A DNA stretch of 64,000 nucleotides from an uncultured cyanobacterium. Its GTDB lineage: Bacteria > Cyanobacteriota > Cyanobacteriia > Cyanobacteriales > CAWCAG01. The stretch is taken from contig CAWDOD010000004.1 of NCBI GenBank assembly GCA_963803805.1, forward strand, positions 448,001 through 512,000, in the 5' to 3' direction. The notes under the pieces were generated by a model. The model saw only the letters and a list, made by a program, of their open reading frames with translations. It was not told the DNA's origin and did not search any database. A program made the translations under genes and the position numbers. Below are positions 11,090 through 20,733 of this stretch, one piece after another (the first letter of the stretch is position 1; the number at the start of each line of letters is the position of its first letter).

Positions 11090-11656
11090 TCACTTACGAA
11101 CAATAACTACCGTACCTTCACTAACTTGTTCATACATCTGTTCAATATCAAGATTACGCATCCGCAAACAGCCGTGGGAGACGGCTTCTCCTATTGACCC
11201 TTCTTGATTACTACCATGGAAACCAATTTGGTGAACATCGTCTCCATCAGACCAAAAACCAATCCACCTTGAGCCTAAAGGATTGTCGGGGCCAGGGGGA
11301 ATTACTTCTCCGGTAATAGGTTGATACCAAGCCGGGTGATCATTCATGTCCTTGACTAAAAAAGTACCTGTGGGGGTTTCCCAACCATCTTTACCAACGG
11401 CTACAGGATAGCTAGTAACTAACTCGTCAAACTCATATAAAGATACTTCGCGATCGCTTAAATCTACTACTAAACGACTACTTAAAGAAGCTGATAGTCG
11501 TAATAAAGGTGAAGAAGTTAGTTCTGCTGGGGTAAACTCTTGTTCAGAAGTTGCGGCGATCGCCCGTTCGGTTTTTGGTCGCTTTCCTTCCCAAAATAAG
11601 GCGCCAGCAGTCATAAAACAGAGAAACATGATACTAAATTGCACAGAATTAGTCAT
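11090..11656 (-). CDS. L,D-transpeptidase (YkuD family)
   Basis: YPVAVGK, TPTGTF, NPLGSRWI, IGFHG...SHGCLRM catalytic motif. Confidence 0.92.
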   Translation of the reverse strand: MTNSVQFSIMFLCFMTAGALFWEGKRPKTERAIAATSEQEFTPAELTSSPLLRLSASLSSRLVVDLSDREVSLYEFDELVTSYPVAVGKDGWETPTGTFLVKDMNDHPAWYQPITGEVIPPGPDNPLGSRWIGFWSDGDDVHQIGFHGSNQEGSIGEAVSHGCLRMRNLDIEQMYEQVSEGTVVIVRK

Positions 11657-12336
11657 TGGTCACAACTAAGCATCGCTACGTAATTTTGAACCTGGAGGTC
11701 AATGCCTGTAATAGCAGTTCCTACAACTACAGCATAGGCTCCCCATTCTAGCGCTTTTTTAGCCATAGATGGAGAGGCAATTCCTCCTTCACAAATGGCG
11801 GGGATATCTAATTTTGTGACCATTTCTTGCAGTAATTGCCAACCGGGAGGAGATAAATCTTTAGTTTGGGAAGTGTAGCCATAAAGAGTTGTACCCACAA
11901 GATCCGCCCCTGCTTGTGTGGCGGCGATCGCATTTTCTATGGTATCAACATCAGCCATGACTAATTTATCTAATTCTTGGTGAATGCGACGAATTAATTC
12001 CTCTAAAGTTTCGCCGTTAGGACGTTTTCTGTTTGTCCCGTCAATAGCAATAATATCAGCACCCGCTTGGGCGATCGCCACAGAATCACTAAAGCGCGGA
12101 GTTATATAAACTTCGCAACCTGGAATTTGCTGTTTCCATAAGCCAATAATTGGTACATCTCCAATTTTCTCTCGTACGGCTTGAACATGATCAGGAGTAT
12201 CCAACCGTACCCCCATTGCACCACAGTTGATTGCTGCTTTAGCCATAGCTGCAATTATTGAAGGGTGGTGTAAAGGTGAATTTGTTGGTGCTTGACACGA
12301 AACAATCAGACTATTTTTTAAGGAAGTTAAGATCAT
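11653..12336 (-). CDS. nanE: N-acetylmannosamine-6-phosphate 2-epimerase
   Basis: LIVSCQA, PIIGLWK, VYITP, GTTLYGYT, EGGI, VVVGTAIT. Confidence 0.92.
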   Translation of the reverse strand: MILTSLKNSLIVSCQAPTNSPLHHPSIIAAMAKAAINCGAMGVRLDTPDHVQAVREKIGDVPIIGLWKQQIPGCEVYITPRFSDSVAIAQAGADIIAIDGTNRKRPNGETLEELIRRIHQELDKLVMADVDTIENAIAATQAGADLVGTTLYGYTSQTKDLSPPGWQLLQEMVTKLDIPAICEGGIASPSMAKKALEWGAYAVVVGTAITGIDLQVQNYVAMLSCDQ

Positions 12337-12453
12337 TGATTATTAATCATTAAGCATTAAACCCACATTGGGCCGATAGTTCATCAAAAACAATAATTAA
12401 AAGGTTTGATCGTCAATCTTGTCAAGAAGTTCTTCTCTCTCATGAACAGGACA

Positions 12454-13437
12454 CTATCGATTAACTCTAATCTTAGCTAAATAAATAAAGAAAGGCGCAC
12501 CTACTAATGCTGTCATAATACCAACAGGTATTTCTTGAGGTTGTATAATTAACCTAGCAGCAATGTCCGATGCTAAAAGCAATATGGCTCCTAACAAGGC
12601 GCTGTAGGGCAAAATCCAACTATAGTTGACCCCAACTAAAAACCGCGCTACATGGGGTACAACTAAACCCACAAAACCAATTGCACCAGCAACAGCAACA
12701 GCACTACCATCTAACAGAATAACACAACCCAAAGCCGCTAGTTTGACCAAAGCGGTTCTCTGCCCCAATCCCTTTGCTACATCTTCTCCTAAATTCAACA
12801 CCGTGATTTGCCGCCCAAGGATGAGACTTAAAGCCATGCCTATGGCTATATAAGGAATAATTTGCCCAAATAGACTAGCATCAGCACCGGCTAAGGAACC
12901 AGCTAACCAAAAACGGATTTCTTCTAGGGTGCGTTGACTAATAATTAAGATAGCAGTGGTGAGGGAAGTTAGGAAAGCACTAATGGCTGCACCAGCAATG
13001 GTTAAGTTGAGGGGGGTAATACCACTGCGCCCTAAAGAGGCTAAGAAATAAATACTAATAGCTGTGATACCAGCCCCGGCAAAGGCACACCAGATATGAA
13101 AACTTGGTGAGCCTGTACCGAACAAAAAGATTCCCATCACCACAGCAAAGGCTGCACCGGAATTAATGCCTAAGATGCCAGGATCAGCTAAGGGATTGCG
13201 AGTGATGCCTTGCATAACAGCCCCGGAAGTAGATATGGCTGCACCCACAATCATAGCAGTTAGGGAGCGCGGCAAGCGAATGCTACGAATAATCAAATGT
13301 TCCGTTGAACCGTCAAAGGCAATTAAGGATTGATAAATACTCTTTCCCGGAATAGCCGTTGTCCCAAAGGAAATACTCAGTAATAAGCAGGTTAGGAGTA
13401 GGATAAGTCCTGCAATTAAGCCATAAACTCTTTTCAT
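12454..13437 (-). CDS. Iron-siderophore ABC transporter permease (FecCD family)
   Basis: IRLPR, TRNPLADPGILG, LGEDVAKGLG, IGFVGLVVPH, EIPVG. Confidence 0.92.
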   Translation of the reverse strand: MKRVYGLIAGLILLLTCLLLSISFGTTAIPGKSIYQSLIAFDGSTEHLIIRSIRLPRSLTAMIVGAAISTSGAVMQGITRNPLADPGILGINSGAAFAVVMGIFLFGTGSPSFHIWCAFAGAGITAISIYFLASLGRSGITPLNLTIAGAAISAFLTSLTTAILIISQRTLEEIRFWLAGSLAGADASLFGQIIPYIAIGMALSLILGRQITVLNLGEDVAKGLGQRTALVKLAALGCVILLDGSAVAVAGAIGFVGLVVPHVARFLVGVNYSWILPYSALLGAILLLASDIAARLIIQPQEIPVGIMTALVGAPFFIYLAKIRVNR

Positions 13438-13541
13438 TGCTCATTTTTCTATTATTGAATGAGTTAACCTAATCTTCCGCAAGTTATTGGAGTTGGGCTT
13501 ACACATTTGACTTCTCGAAACTTCTATTGACTATTAACTAG

Positions 13542-15488
13542 TTAAAGCAAACTTGCCACTGCTTGAACCACTTGTATCGGCATAACTGGCTTAGATAAGT
13601 GTAGGGCAAATCCGGCTTTTCTAGTCCGTTGCTGATCCTCTTCACTAGCATAGGCTGTTAGGGCGATCGCCTTCACAAGAGAGCCGTTAATTTCTTGACT
13701 TTGCTGTAATTGGCGCATCAAATCATAACCATCCTCTGTGGGCATGGCGATGTCACTAATCAAAATCTCTGGGCATTGTTCCTGAAAGGCAATTAAAGCT
13801 TCCTGTACAGAAGCAACGGCAGTTACCTGGGCGCCACAATCACCTAGCACCAAAGCTATTAATTCCCGACTATCAGTATCATCTTCTACTAGCAGTATCT
13901 TGATATTTTCTAGTTTAGGAAGTTGAGTTTTTGCCCCTCCTTGACTAGAGATATTTGTTTGTTTAGTTGAGTGAGTTGTTACATACAAAGGTAGTTGTAC
14001 AGTAAAAGTTGAACCTCTTCCTCTACCTGCACTGTAAGCAAAAATTGTGCCGCCGTGCATCTCAACTAAATAACGTACAATTGCTAGCCCCAACCCCAAT
14101 CCACCATACTGACGCTTCGAGTCACTTTTTACTTGGCGGAAGCGATCAAAAATATAAGGAAGAAACTCCTTTTCAATACCAATGCCTGTATCCTTAATTT
14201 GAATTTGAGCATAGTCTTTTACCTGTTCAATCTCAATGCTAATTGTTCCCCCCTCTGGGGTAAACTTAATGGCATTGTTAAGCAAGTTCCAAATTACTTG
14301 TTGCAACCTATCAGGATCGCCAGAAACCAAACCGACATTTTTCTCTAGGTTAGTTTGCAATTCAATTTTCTTAGCTTGGGCTGCGATACGAATAGTATCA
14401 AGGGAAGCATTGATAACCCTTTGCAGCGGTAGTGGCATCACTTTTAGTTGCATTTTGCCACGAATAATCCGAGAGATATCAAGCAAGTCTTCAATCAACT
14501 GGGCTTGGGTGTAGGCACTGCGTTCAATAACTTCCATTGCCCTGGTGCTATCTTCGGGACTCAGTTGGTTGCCCTTAAGTAGCTGTAACCAGCCCAGCAT
14601 ACCATTGAGAGGAGTCCGCAACTCGTGGGAAAGGGTAGCAAGAAATTCATCTTTGAGGCGATTGGCTAATTCGGCTTCTTCCCTAGCTTGCTTTTCCCTT
14701 TTGAGAAGTTCAACCCTCTCTTGTTCAGCTTGTTTTTGCGCTGTTATATCTTGTAAAGCTCCTTCATAATACAACAACTTTCCTTGATCATCTTTAATTG
14801 CTCTAGCGCTGTGGCGTACCCAAATTAAGCTATTGTCATAACGGCGCAATTGTGCTTCATAGTTGTTAAGCTTGCCTGTAATGTGGAGTTGATTTTTCCA
14901 AGCATTATAAGTTTCCCCGTCAACATGGGAATTAATTTGTTTATTTAGCAATAACTCCTGGGGATTTTCATAACCCAGTAATTGAGTTAAGGTACTATTT
15001 GCTTCGATAATTTCTCCGGTGGAAGTGAGGCGATAAAGTCCTACAGGTACGCCTTCAAACAGCCGACGATAGCTTTTTTCTAGTTCTTGTTTTGCTCTGT
15101 GTTCTTTTTCCCTTTTCCAAACTGAACGCACTACTTTAGCTAAACGTAGATAATGCTTAGGAGATTTGATTACATAGTCATCTAAACCACTCTTCATGGC
15201 TTTAACAGCAATTTCTTCACTACCAGTACCTGTAAACATGACTACTGGACATCTAGGCTTGCGCTTTTTGACTCTGTGCAAAATATCAAGCCCTGTTATC
15301 CAACGTAATTGGTAGTCAGTAATTACGAGGTCAAACTCTTCTTTTTCTAGTAAAGTAGCGAAAGTTGCTCCGTCGAATGTTTCTATCACTTCTAAAGAAT
15401 TGAATTCCCGGTTGAGTTCCCGTAAGGCAAGGGCCCTATCATTAGGGTTATCATCAATTAATAATATCCGTAATTTTTCACCAGTCAT
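13542..15488 (-). CDS. Hybrid histidine kinase (REC-PAS-HisKA-HATPase-REC)
   Basis: LLIDD receiver, FLATLSHELRTPL, NLLNNAIKFT, GGLGLGL, C-terminal LLVEDD receiver. Confidence 0.93.
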   Translation of the reverse strand: MTGEKLRILLIDDNPNDRALALRELNREFNSLEVIETFDGATFATLLEKEEFDLVITDYQLRWITGLDILHRVKKRKPRCPVVMFTGTGSEEIAVKAMKSGLDDYVIKSPKHYLRLAKVVRSVWKREKEHRAKQELEKSYRRLFEGVPVGLYRLTSTGEIIEANSTLTQLLGYENPQELLLNKQINSHVDGETYNAWKNQLHITGKLNNYEAQLRRYDNSLIWVRHSARAIKDDQGKLLYYEGALQDITAQKQAEQERVELLKREKQAREEAELANRLKDEFLATLSHELRTPLNGMLGWLQLLKGNQLSPEDSTRAMEVIERSAYTQAQLIEDLLDISRIIRGKMQLKVMPLPLQRVINASLDTIRIAAQAKKIELQTNLEKNVGLVSGDPDRLQQVIWNLLNNAIKFTPEGGTISIEIEQVKDYAQIQIKDTGIGIEKEFLPYIFDRFRQVKSDSKRQYGGLGLGLAIVRYLVEMHGGTIFAYSAGRGRGSTFTVQLPLYVTTHSTKQTNISSQGGAKTQLPKLENIKILLVEDDTDSRELIALVLGDCGAQVTAVASVQEALIAFQEQCPEILISDIAMPTEDGYDLMRQLQQSQEINGSLVKAIALTAYASEEDQQRTRKAGFALHLSKPVMPIQVVQAVASLL

Positions 15489-15602
15489 GATCTTAAGTCA
15501 GTGTTGAGTTAGACAGGTTATTTTGGTGAAGGCAGGGAGTGGGAAGGGACAAGTAGGAAGGAGGAGTAGAGGTTTAGTCCTATTCCTGTCTTTTCTAGAA
15601 GC

Positions 15603-16055
15603 TTAGTTATTAAGTAGTCTTGGTCTTTGGTTAAGATTAAACCAGTATTTGTGGACTTGATCAGTTAGTTCAACTAAATCTTCAAAGGTGACAGGTTTAA
15701 CTAAATAAGAATTAATTCCTAAATCATATGCTTTATCAATGTCAGGACTTTCTTTAGAAGAAGATAACACAATTACAAGGGTACGTTTAATTTCGGGCTG
15801 TTGGCGCAACCAAGCAAGGACTTCTAAACCAGAACGACGAGGAAGTTTGAGATCAAGAAGAATTAGTGCCGGCAGAGGGTAGCGATTACGATTATTATAG
15901 GGCTCTTGGCAAGACAGGTAAGCAACAGCTTGATCACCATCAGTAATGGTTTCTAGATTAGCGTTGACTTGAGCTTTACGAAAGGCCCTTTTGATGAGCA
16001 TTATATCGTTAGAGTCATCCTCTACAAGCAAGATTGTTTCTCGTTCATTACTCAT
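15603..16055 (-). CDS. Single-domain response regulator (Rcp1-like)
   Basis: ILLVEDD, LLDLKLP, VLSSS, AYDLGINSYLVKP. Confidence 0.92.
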   Translation of the reverse strand: MSNERETILLVEDDSNDIMLIKRAFRKAQVNANLETITDGDQAVAYLSCQEPYNNRNRYPLPALILLDLKLPRRSGLEVLAWLRQQPEIKRTLVIVLSSSKESPDIDKAYDLGINSYLVKPVTFEDLVELTDQVHKYWFNLNQRPRLLNN

Positions 16056-16143
16056 CAAATTTTGCTCCTGTCTTGATTTTTTAGCCGCTCAATAACTAAC
16101 TAAATTCTCCTTATTATCCAATAAATCTAACTCTATATTAAAT

Positions 16144-18312
16144 CTATTCAGTATTCAGTACGTTTTCGATCCAAAAGCGACTACCCTCTCCTAATGTCGA
16201 TTCTACTCCGGCACTTCCCCCCAGACGTTCCATACCTCGGCGAACAATGGCCAAACCAATTCCAGTGCCGGGATAGGTTTCGTTGCCATGCAAGCGTTCA
16301 AAAACCTGGAAAATACGCTCTTGATGTTCTGGGCTAATACCAATACCGTTATCGACTACCCAAAGCCTAACTAAGCCATCATGTTCAGTAGCCCTAATTC
16401 TGACCACTGGTGTTTTTCCCCCCGCGACAAACTTGAGGGCATTACTAATTAGGTTACTGACAACCTGTACCAAAACTGTACGATTGCCAAGCATTTCTGA
16501 TAAAGATTCTTCGACAATTATTTGTGCTTGTCTGGCTTTAATCTCTTTGTTTAAAGGCATAATCGCCTCGGAAACAACATTATTGAGGTCAACCCCATAG
16601 AGGCGCATTTGAGTTTCACTGAGGCGAGAATAAGCCAGTAAATCTTGAATTAATTTGTCTAATTGCTGGGAAGAGTTGACTAAGCGAATGGCGTATTCTC
16701 GCCCCAAATCATCGAGTCTATTGCCATAGTCTTCCAATATAGCAGTGGCAAAGCCTTGCAAAGAGCGTAGGGGCGCTCTAAGATCATGGGATACAGAATA
16801 AGTAAAAGCTTGTAATTCTTGGTTAACTTCTTCGAGTTGAGTAGTGCGTTGGGCGACACGCTCTTCTAATTCGCTAGTATAGCTCTGGATTTGCTGATAC
16901 AAACGGGCTTGGTTAAGAGATATCGCTACTAGGTTACTTACTTCACTAGCAATGTCTATTTGCTCAGAAGTGATTTTTTCTGGCTGTTCTAACCATAGTT
17001 TGAGAATACCCAAGGTTTCGTCTCCCACTTGTAAAGGAAAGCCGATAAATTTATTAACTCCTTGAGTTTCTAAGCTAGACATTTCCGGGGAAGAGAAGAG
17101 AGAAACCTCTCCAGAGGCATAACTTGCTCCTTTTTGAAACTGCTCAATCATGGCTCCAAAAACATCAAGATTTTCCTGAAAACCCACCCCAGCTATACTT
17201 TCACCACGTCCTTTAGTCATGAGGATTGTTGCAGTTTGCTCCTCAAAGTCAAAAGTAGCGATGGTAACTCGCTGACAGGAGATTAATTGCTCTATACGTT
17301 CAATGGCAATAGCAGCAATCTCCGCCGGTTTTTGCGCTGCTAGAATCGCTTTATCAAGTTGGTGTAAGCTTTCTAACCTTGTAATGGTTTGGCGGAGAGA
17401 TTTTTCTAATTTCTTGCGCTTACTGACATCCTTAGCGATGGAAATTACCATGCGCCTACCATCAGATAATGTACCTAAAGGGGCTGAACTAAAATCCCAG
17501 ACACGAGTTTTCCCTCTGGCAGTATTAATGGTAAATTCCCCTTCATTCACCCTGCGTTTTAAGTCGTAGAGTTGATTGATTGTTGTTTGTACAGTTTCTT
17601 GTTTTTTGCCGTAGGCTTTTTCTACCCATTTGCCAATGGTGGGGATGTCGGCCAAAGTATAACCTGTCAAATCTATCCAAGCTTGGTTAATTTGCAAAAC
17701 TGTACCATCTTCAGCATGGATAACAATGGGGTAGGGGGCATTCATAATCGCCCGACTTAAACGGGCTTCGCTTTCTTGTAGTGCTTTCCTAATGGCGATG
17801 CGATCGCTAATATCTTCGATTACGGAAATAAAATACTTAGGTTTCCCAGTTAAATCTCGGAAAAGGGAGACTGTTAGATCAATCCAAATAATTGAGCCAT
17901 CTTTGCTAATGTAGCGTTTCTCCATAGAGTAATTGCTAATTTCCCCTGCTAACATTTGTTTCACATAACCTAAATCTGCGGCTAAATCTTGGGGATAAGT
18001 AACCTCTTGAAAAGTTTTCTCTAGTAATTCTTCGCGGCTGTAACCAATGATGCGACACATTTTCTCATTAACCCGCAACCAGCGCCCATCTAAGCCCACG
18101 TGGGCAATACCAACAGCCGCTTGTTCAAAGGTACTCCGGAACCTTTCTTCACTTTCAGTGAGGGCAAGATCACTTTTTTGGGAATCCACCTTTTCTCGAT
18201 GAATATTTGATTCCTGAAGTTGAGTTAGGGTGATGTTCTGCCATCGCAGTTTAAGAGCAAGATAGATGACTAAAATGATTAATAGGACAATAACAACGCT
18301 AGCAAAGATCAC
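16144..18312 (-). CDS. Membrane-anchored PAS-PAS-GAF histidine kinase
   Basis: FEQAAVGIAH PAS domain, YSVSHDLRAPL H-box, NLISNALKF, FERLH, GTGIGL. The likely ATG at 18326 is one base out of frame across a T7 run. Confidence 0.9.
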   Translation of the reverse strand: MIFASVVIVLLIILVIYLALKLRWQNITLTQLQESNIHREKVDSQKSDLALTESEERFRSTFEQAAVGIAHVGLDGRWLRVNEKMCRIIGYSREELLEKTFQEVTYPQDLAADLGYVKQMLAGEISNYSMEKRYISKDGSIIWIDLTVSLFRDLTGKPKYFISVIEDISDRIAIRKALQESEARLSRAIMNAPYPIVIHAEDGTVLQINQAWIDLTGYTLADIPTIGKWVEKAYGKKQETVQTTINQLYDLKRRVNEGEFTINTARGKTRVWDFSSAPLGTLSDGRRMVISIAKDVSKRKKLEKSLRQTITRLESLHQLDKAILAAQKPAEIAAIAIERIEQLISCQRVTIATFDFEEQTATILMTKGRGESIAGVGFQENLDVFGAMIEQFQKGASYASGEVSLFSSPEMSSLETQGVNKFIGFPLQVGDETLGILKLWLEQPEKITSEQIDIASEVSNLVAISLNQARLYQQIQSYTSELEERVAQRTTQLEEVNQELQAFTYSVSHDLRAPLRSLQGFATAILEDYGNRLDDLGREYAIRLVNSSQQLDKLIQDLLAYSRLSETQMRLYGVDLNNVVSEAIMPLNKEIKARQAQIIVEESLSEMLGNRTVLVQVVSNLISNALKFVAGGKTPVVRIRATEHDGLVRLWVVDNGIGISPEHQERIFQVFERLHGNETYPGTGIGLAIVRRGMERLGGSAGVESTLGEGSRFWIENVLNTE

Positions 18313-18329
18313 AAAAAAAGTGCCATTAG

Positions 18330-18518
18330 TTATGGAGGAAACTCATACTCTTCAGGATACCGAAATACAGAGGCTAATGACTTCAACATCCAACTACCCT
18401 GTCGCCCGTGACTTTCAAAATGATGTTGTACAACCCTCACAGGATATTGTTGAGCAATTTCTATAGTGCGATCGCCGCTAAAAGAATCTACAACAATAAC
18501 ATCATCTCTATCAACCAA
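18330..18518 (-). pseudogene. Remnant of a GT2-family glycosyltransferase
   Basis: DDVIVVDSFSGDRTIEIA...VVQHHFESHG is a GT2 N-terminal fragment; no start region and no DxD domain. Confidence 0.7.
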
Positions 18519-18674
18519 AATTCCTAAATCTTAAATCCGAAGCTTCCTTTTAGTTTAAAAAACCTTTGTTGGCACTTGGGTATGAATTAGGGTTTACATT
18601 TGTTTTCAGGGATAATCAAGAAATCACAGAAAATTTGTAAGCAATATAACTTATTAGTTATTAGTTGAGAATAA

Positions 18675-19680
18675 ATGCAGTTCATAGATCGAGCAGAAAT
18701 AGAAGTAGAAGCTGGTAAAGGCGGCAATGGTATAGTCGCCTTTCGCCGGGAAAAATACGTCCCCGCAGGAGGTCCTGCAGGGGGTAATGGGGGGCGAGGT
18801 GGTTCAATTTTCTTCAAAGCAGTAGAAAATTTGCAAACTCTGTTGGACTTTAAATATGCTCGTCATTTTAAAGCAGATGATGGTAAGCGAGGAGGGCCAA
18901 ATAATCGTACCGGGGCATCAGGGGATGACTTAATTGTGGAAGTTCCTTGCGGTACAGTAATTTATGAGCTTGAGAGTGGAGAATTATTAGCAGATTTAGT
19001 TACCCCTCAACAAACCTTTTGCGCTGTCAAAGGAGGCAAAGGAGGCTTAGGAAATCAACATTTCTTAAGTAACAGCAATAGAGCGCCGGAATATGCCTTA
19101 CCTGGTTTGCCAGGGGAGATTAAAAGTCTGCGCTTAGAATTAAAACTACTAGCAGAAGTGGGCATAATTGGCTTACCTAATGCGGGTAAGTCTACCTTGA
19201 TTGCGGCCCTTTTCAGCAGCCCGTCCCAAAATAGCCGATTATCCCTTCACCACTTTAATACCTAACTTAGGTGTAGTTCGTAAACCGACTGGGGATGGTA
19301 CTGTATTTGCAGATATTCCTGGTTTAATTGAGGGCGCTCATACAGGAGTAGGATTGGGTCATGACTTTCTACGCCATATCGAACGTACTCGTCTTTTATT
19401 GCACCTAATTGATCTTACTGCAAGCGACCCCATTGCTGATTATCAAACTATTCAAGCAGAACTAAAAGCTTACGGCCACAGTTTAGCTGCTCGACAGCAA
19501 ATTATTGGTTTAAATAAGTTGGATGCAGTAGACAAAGAAACCTACACCCTAATTGCCGAAGAAGTTTCGCAATTAACGGCTGCACCCATTTTTGGTGTTT
19601 CTGCGGTGGCAGGAATTGGGCTTGATGCTTTGTTGCAAAAGATTTGGCAAACTTTAGATGATTTGCCGGATACTCAATAG
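18675..19680 (+). CDS. obgE: GTPase ObgE, split by a +1 T in the T4 run at 19210-19213 (probable sequencing error)
   Basis: MQFIDRA, Gly-rich Obg fold and GLPNAGKST in the first frame; [19 protein letters not shown] and NKLD in the second. Removing one T restores ALSAARPK. Confidence 0.93.
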
Positions 19681-19860
19681 TTTTTCCGGGACAACTACTT
19701 GATTTGCTTGGAAAAGGGCAAGTGTTATTTCTTTAGACAGTTAAGAGTCAGACAAAAATTATTTCTTCTGGCATAGAAAGCAAACTTAAGCCCAAGACAT
19801 TTTTCGCTATATATAAAGATTGCTTTCGGTCAGTTTACAGGGAAAATTAGTTTGTGAAGT

Positions 19861-20397
19861 TTGCAAAAATGTCGAATGAATAAAATGAATAAAATAATTT
19901 CAGCTTACAAACGTCTAGGATTGGCTCGGATTTTGAGCGTTTTCCTCGCAGGAGTCTTTTTATTGATCACTACAGCTTGCGGGGATTCATCTTCTCTTAA
20001 TGCTTCACCAGGAAATACAGATAAGGTAATTCCTAACCAAACTGAACTTTATGACACTATTCAACCTCGTGAAGGGGGAATGAATCAATATAGCGATACC
20101 GATCCTCGCCAAAACACCTCTGGGGTAAAAGCTAAGTCAAAAGCAGCTATGGACAAAGCAAAAAGCAATCTCAACAGATCAGAAAACCCTCAAGAATTTG
20201 CCGAAAGTTTTAAAAAAGGTGAACCAATAGGAGAAAGAGTTGAAAACTTCGGTGAGGATGTAGGTAGTTCGGTTAAAGATTTCTCAAGCAATGTTTCCGA
20301 AGGTGCGAAAAAGAATTTTGAAAATCTGCAAGAAAATATTAAATCAGCCCCAGAATCTTTGAGTGAGAAAGCTAAGGTACTTAAAGAGAATATGTAA
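19861..20397 (+). CDS. Cyanobacterial lipoprotein, hydrophilic and LEA-like
   Basis: Lipobox-like LITTACG after a hydrophobic helix; EGGMNQYSDTDPR motif; Lys/Glu-rich tail. Confidence 0.65.
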   Translation: MQKCRMNKMNKIISAYKRLGLARILSVFLAGVFLLITTACGDSSSLNASPGNTDKVIPNQTELYDTIQPREGGMNQYSDTDPRQNTSGVKAKSKAAMDKAKSNLNRSENPQEFAESFKKGEPIGERVENFGEDVGSSVKDFSSNVSEGAKKNFENLQENIKSAPESLSEKAKVLKENM

Positions 20398-20483
20398 GTC
20401 TAATCGATAGGTAAAGGGTAAAGGAACATTTTTAACTACAAAAACTATCCTTTAACTTGCCTAGACATACTAGCTAATTTTCT

Positions 20484-20646
20484 GGCGTTGCTGAATTAAA
20501 GTTATGAATTGCTTTTGTTGACTATAATTAATGCCCCCTAAATCCCCCAATTTAGGGGACTTTGAGTTTTGGGGGACTTGAAATTCTTTTCTCCCCCCAG
20601 ATTCCGAGGGCAGGGGGACAGAGTTATCTCGACGATCAGCAGTGCC
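20484..20646. mobile_element. MITE-like cyanobacterial intergenic repeat
   Basis: Terminal inverted repeats GGCGTTGCTGA...TCAGCAGTGCC with internal CCCCCTAAATCCCCCAA...GGGGGAC hairpins. Confidence 0.65.
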
Positions 20647-20655
20647 ATTTTTTTT

Positions 20656-20692
20656 TAATGTAGAGATATTTCTTAGAAATATCTCTACATTA
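20656..20692. repeat. Perfect 18-bp-arm palindrome (GTAG-type REP), possible bidirectional terminator
   Basis: TAATGTAGAGATATTTCT-T-AGAAATATCTCTACATTA between convergent genes. Confidence 0.8.
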
Positions 20693-20733
20693 TTTTGTTT
20701 ACTAATGGATAATTATCTATTGATAAAGCCCCT

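Noticed and set aside
18675-19680. Programmed frameshifting in obgE
   Set aside because: No known precedent and no stimulatory structure seen; similar homopolymer slips elsewhere in the window favour sequencing error.
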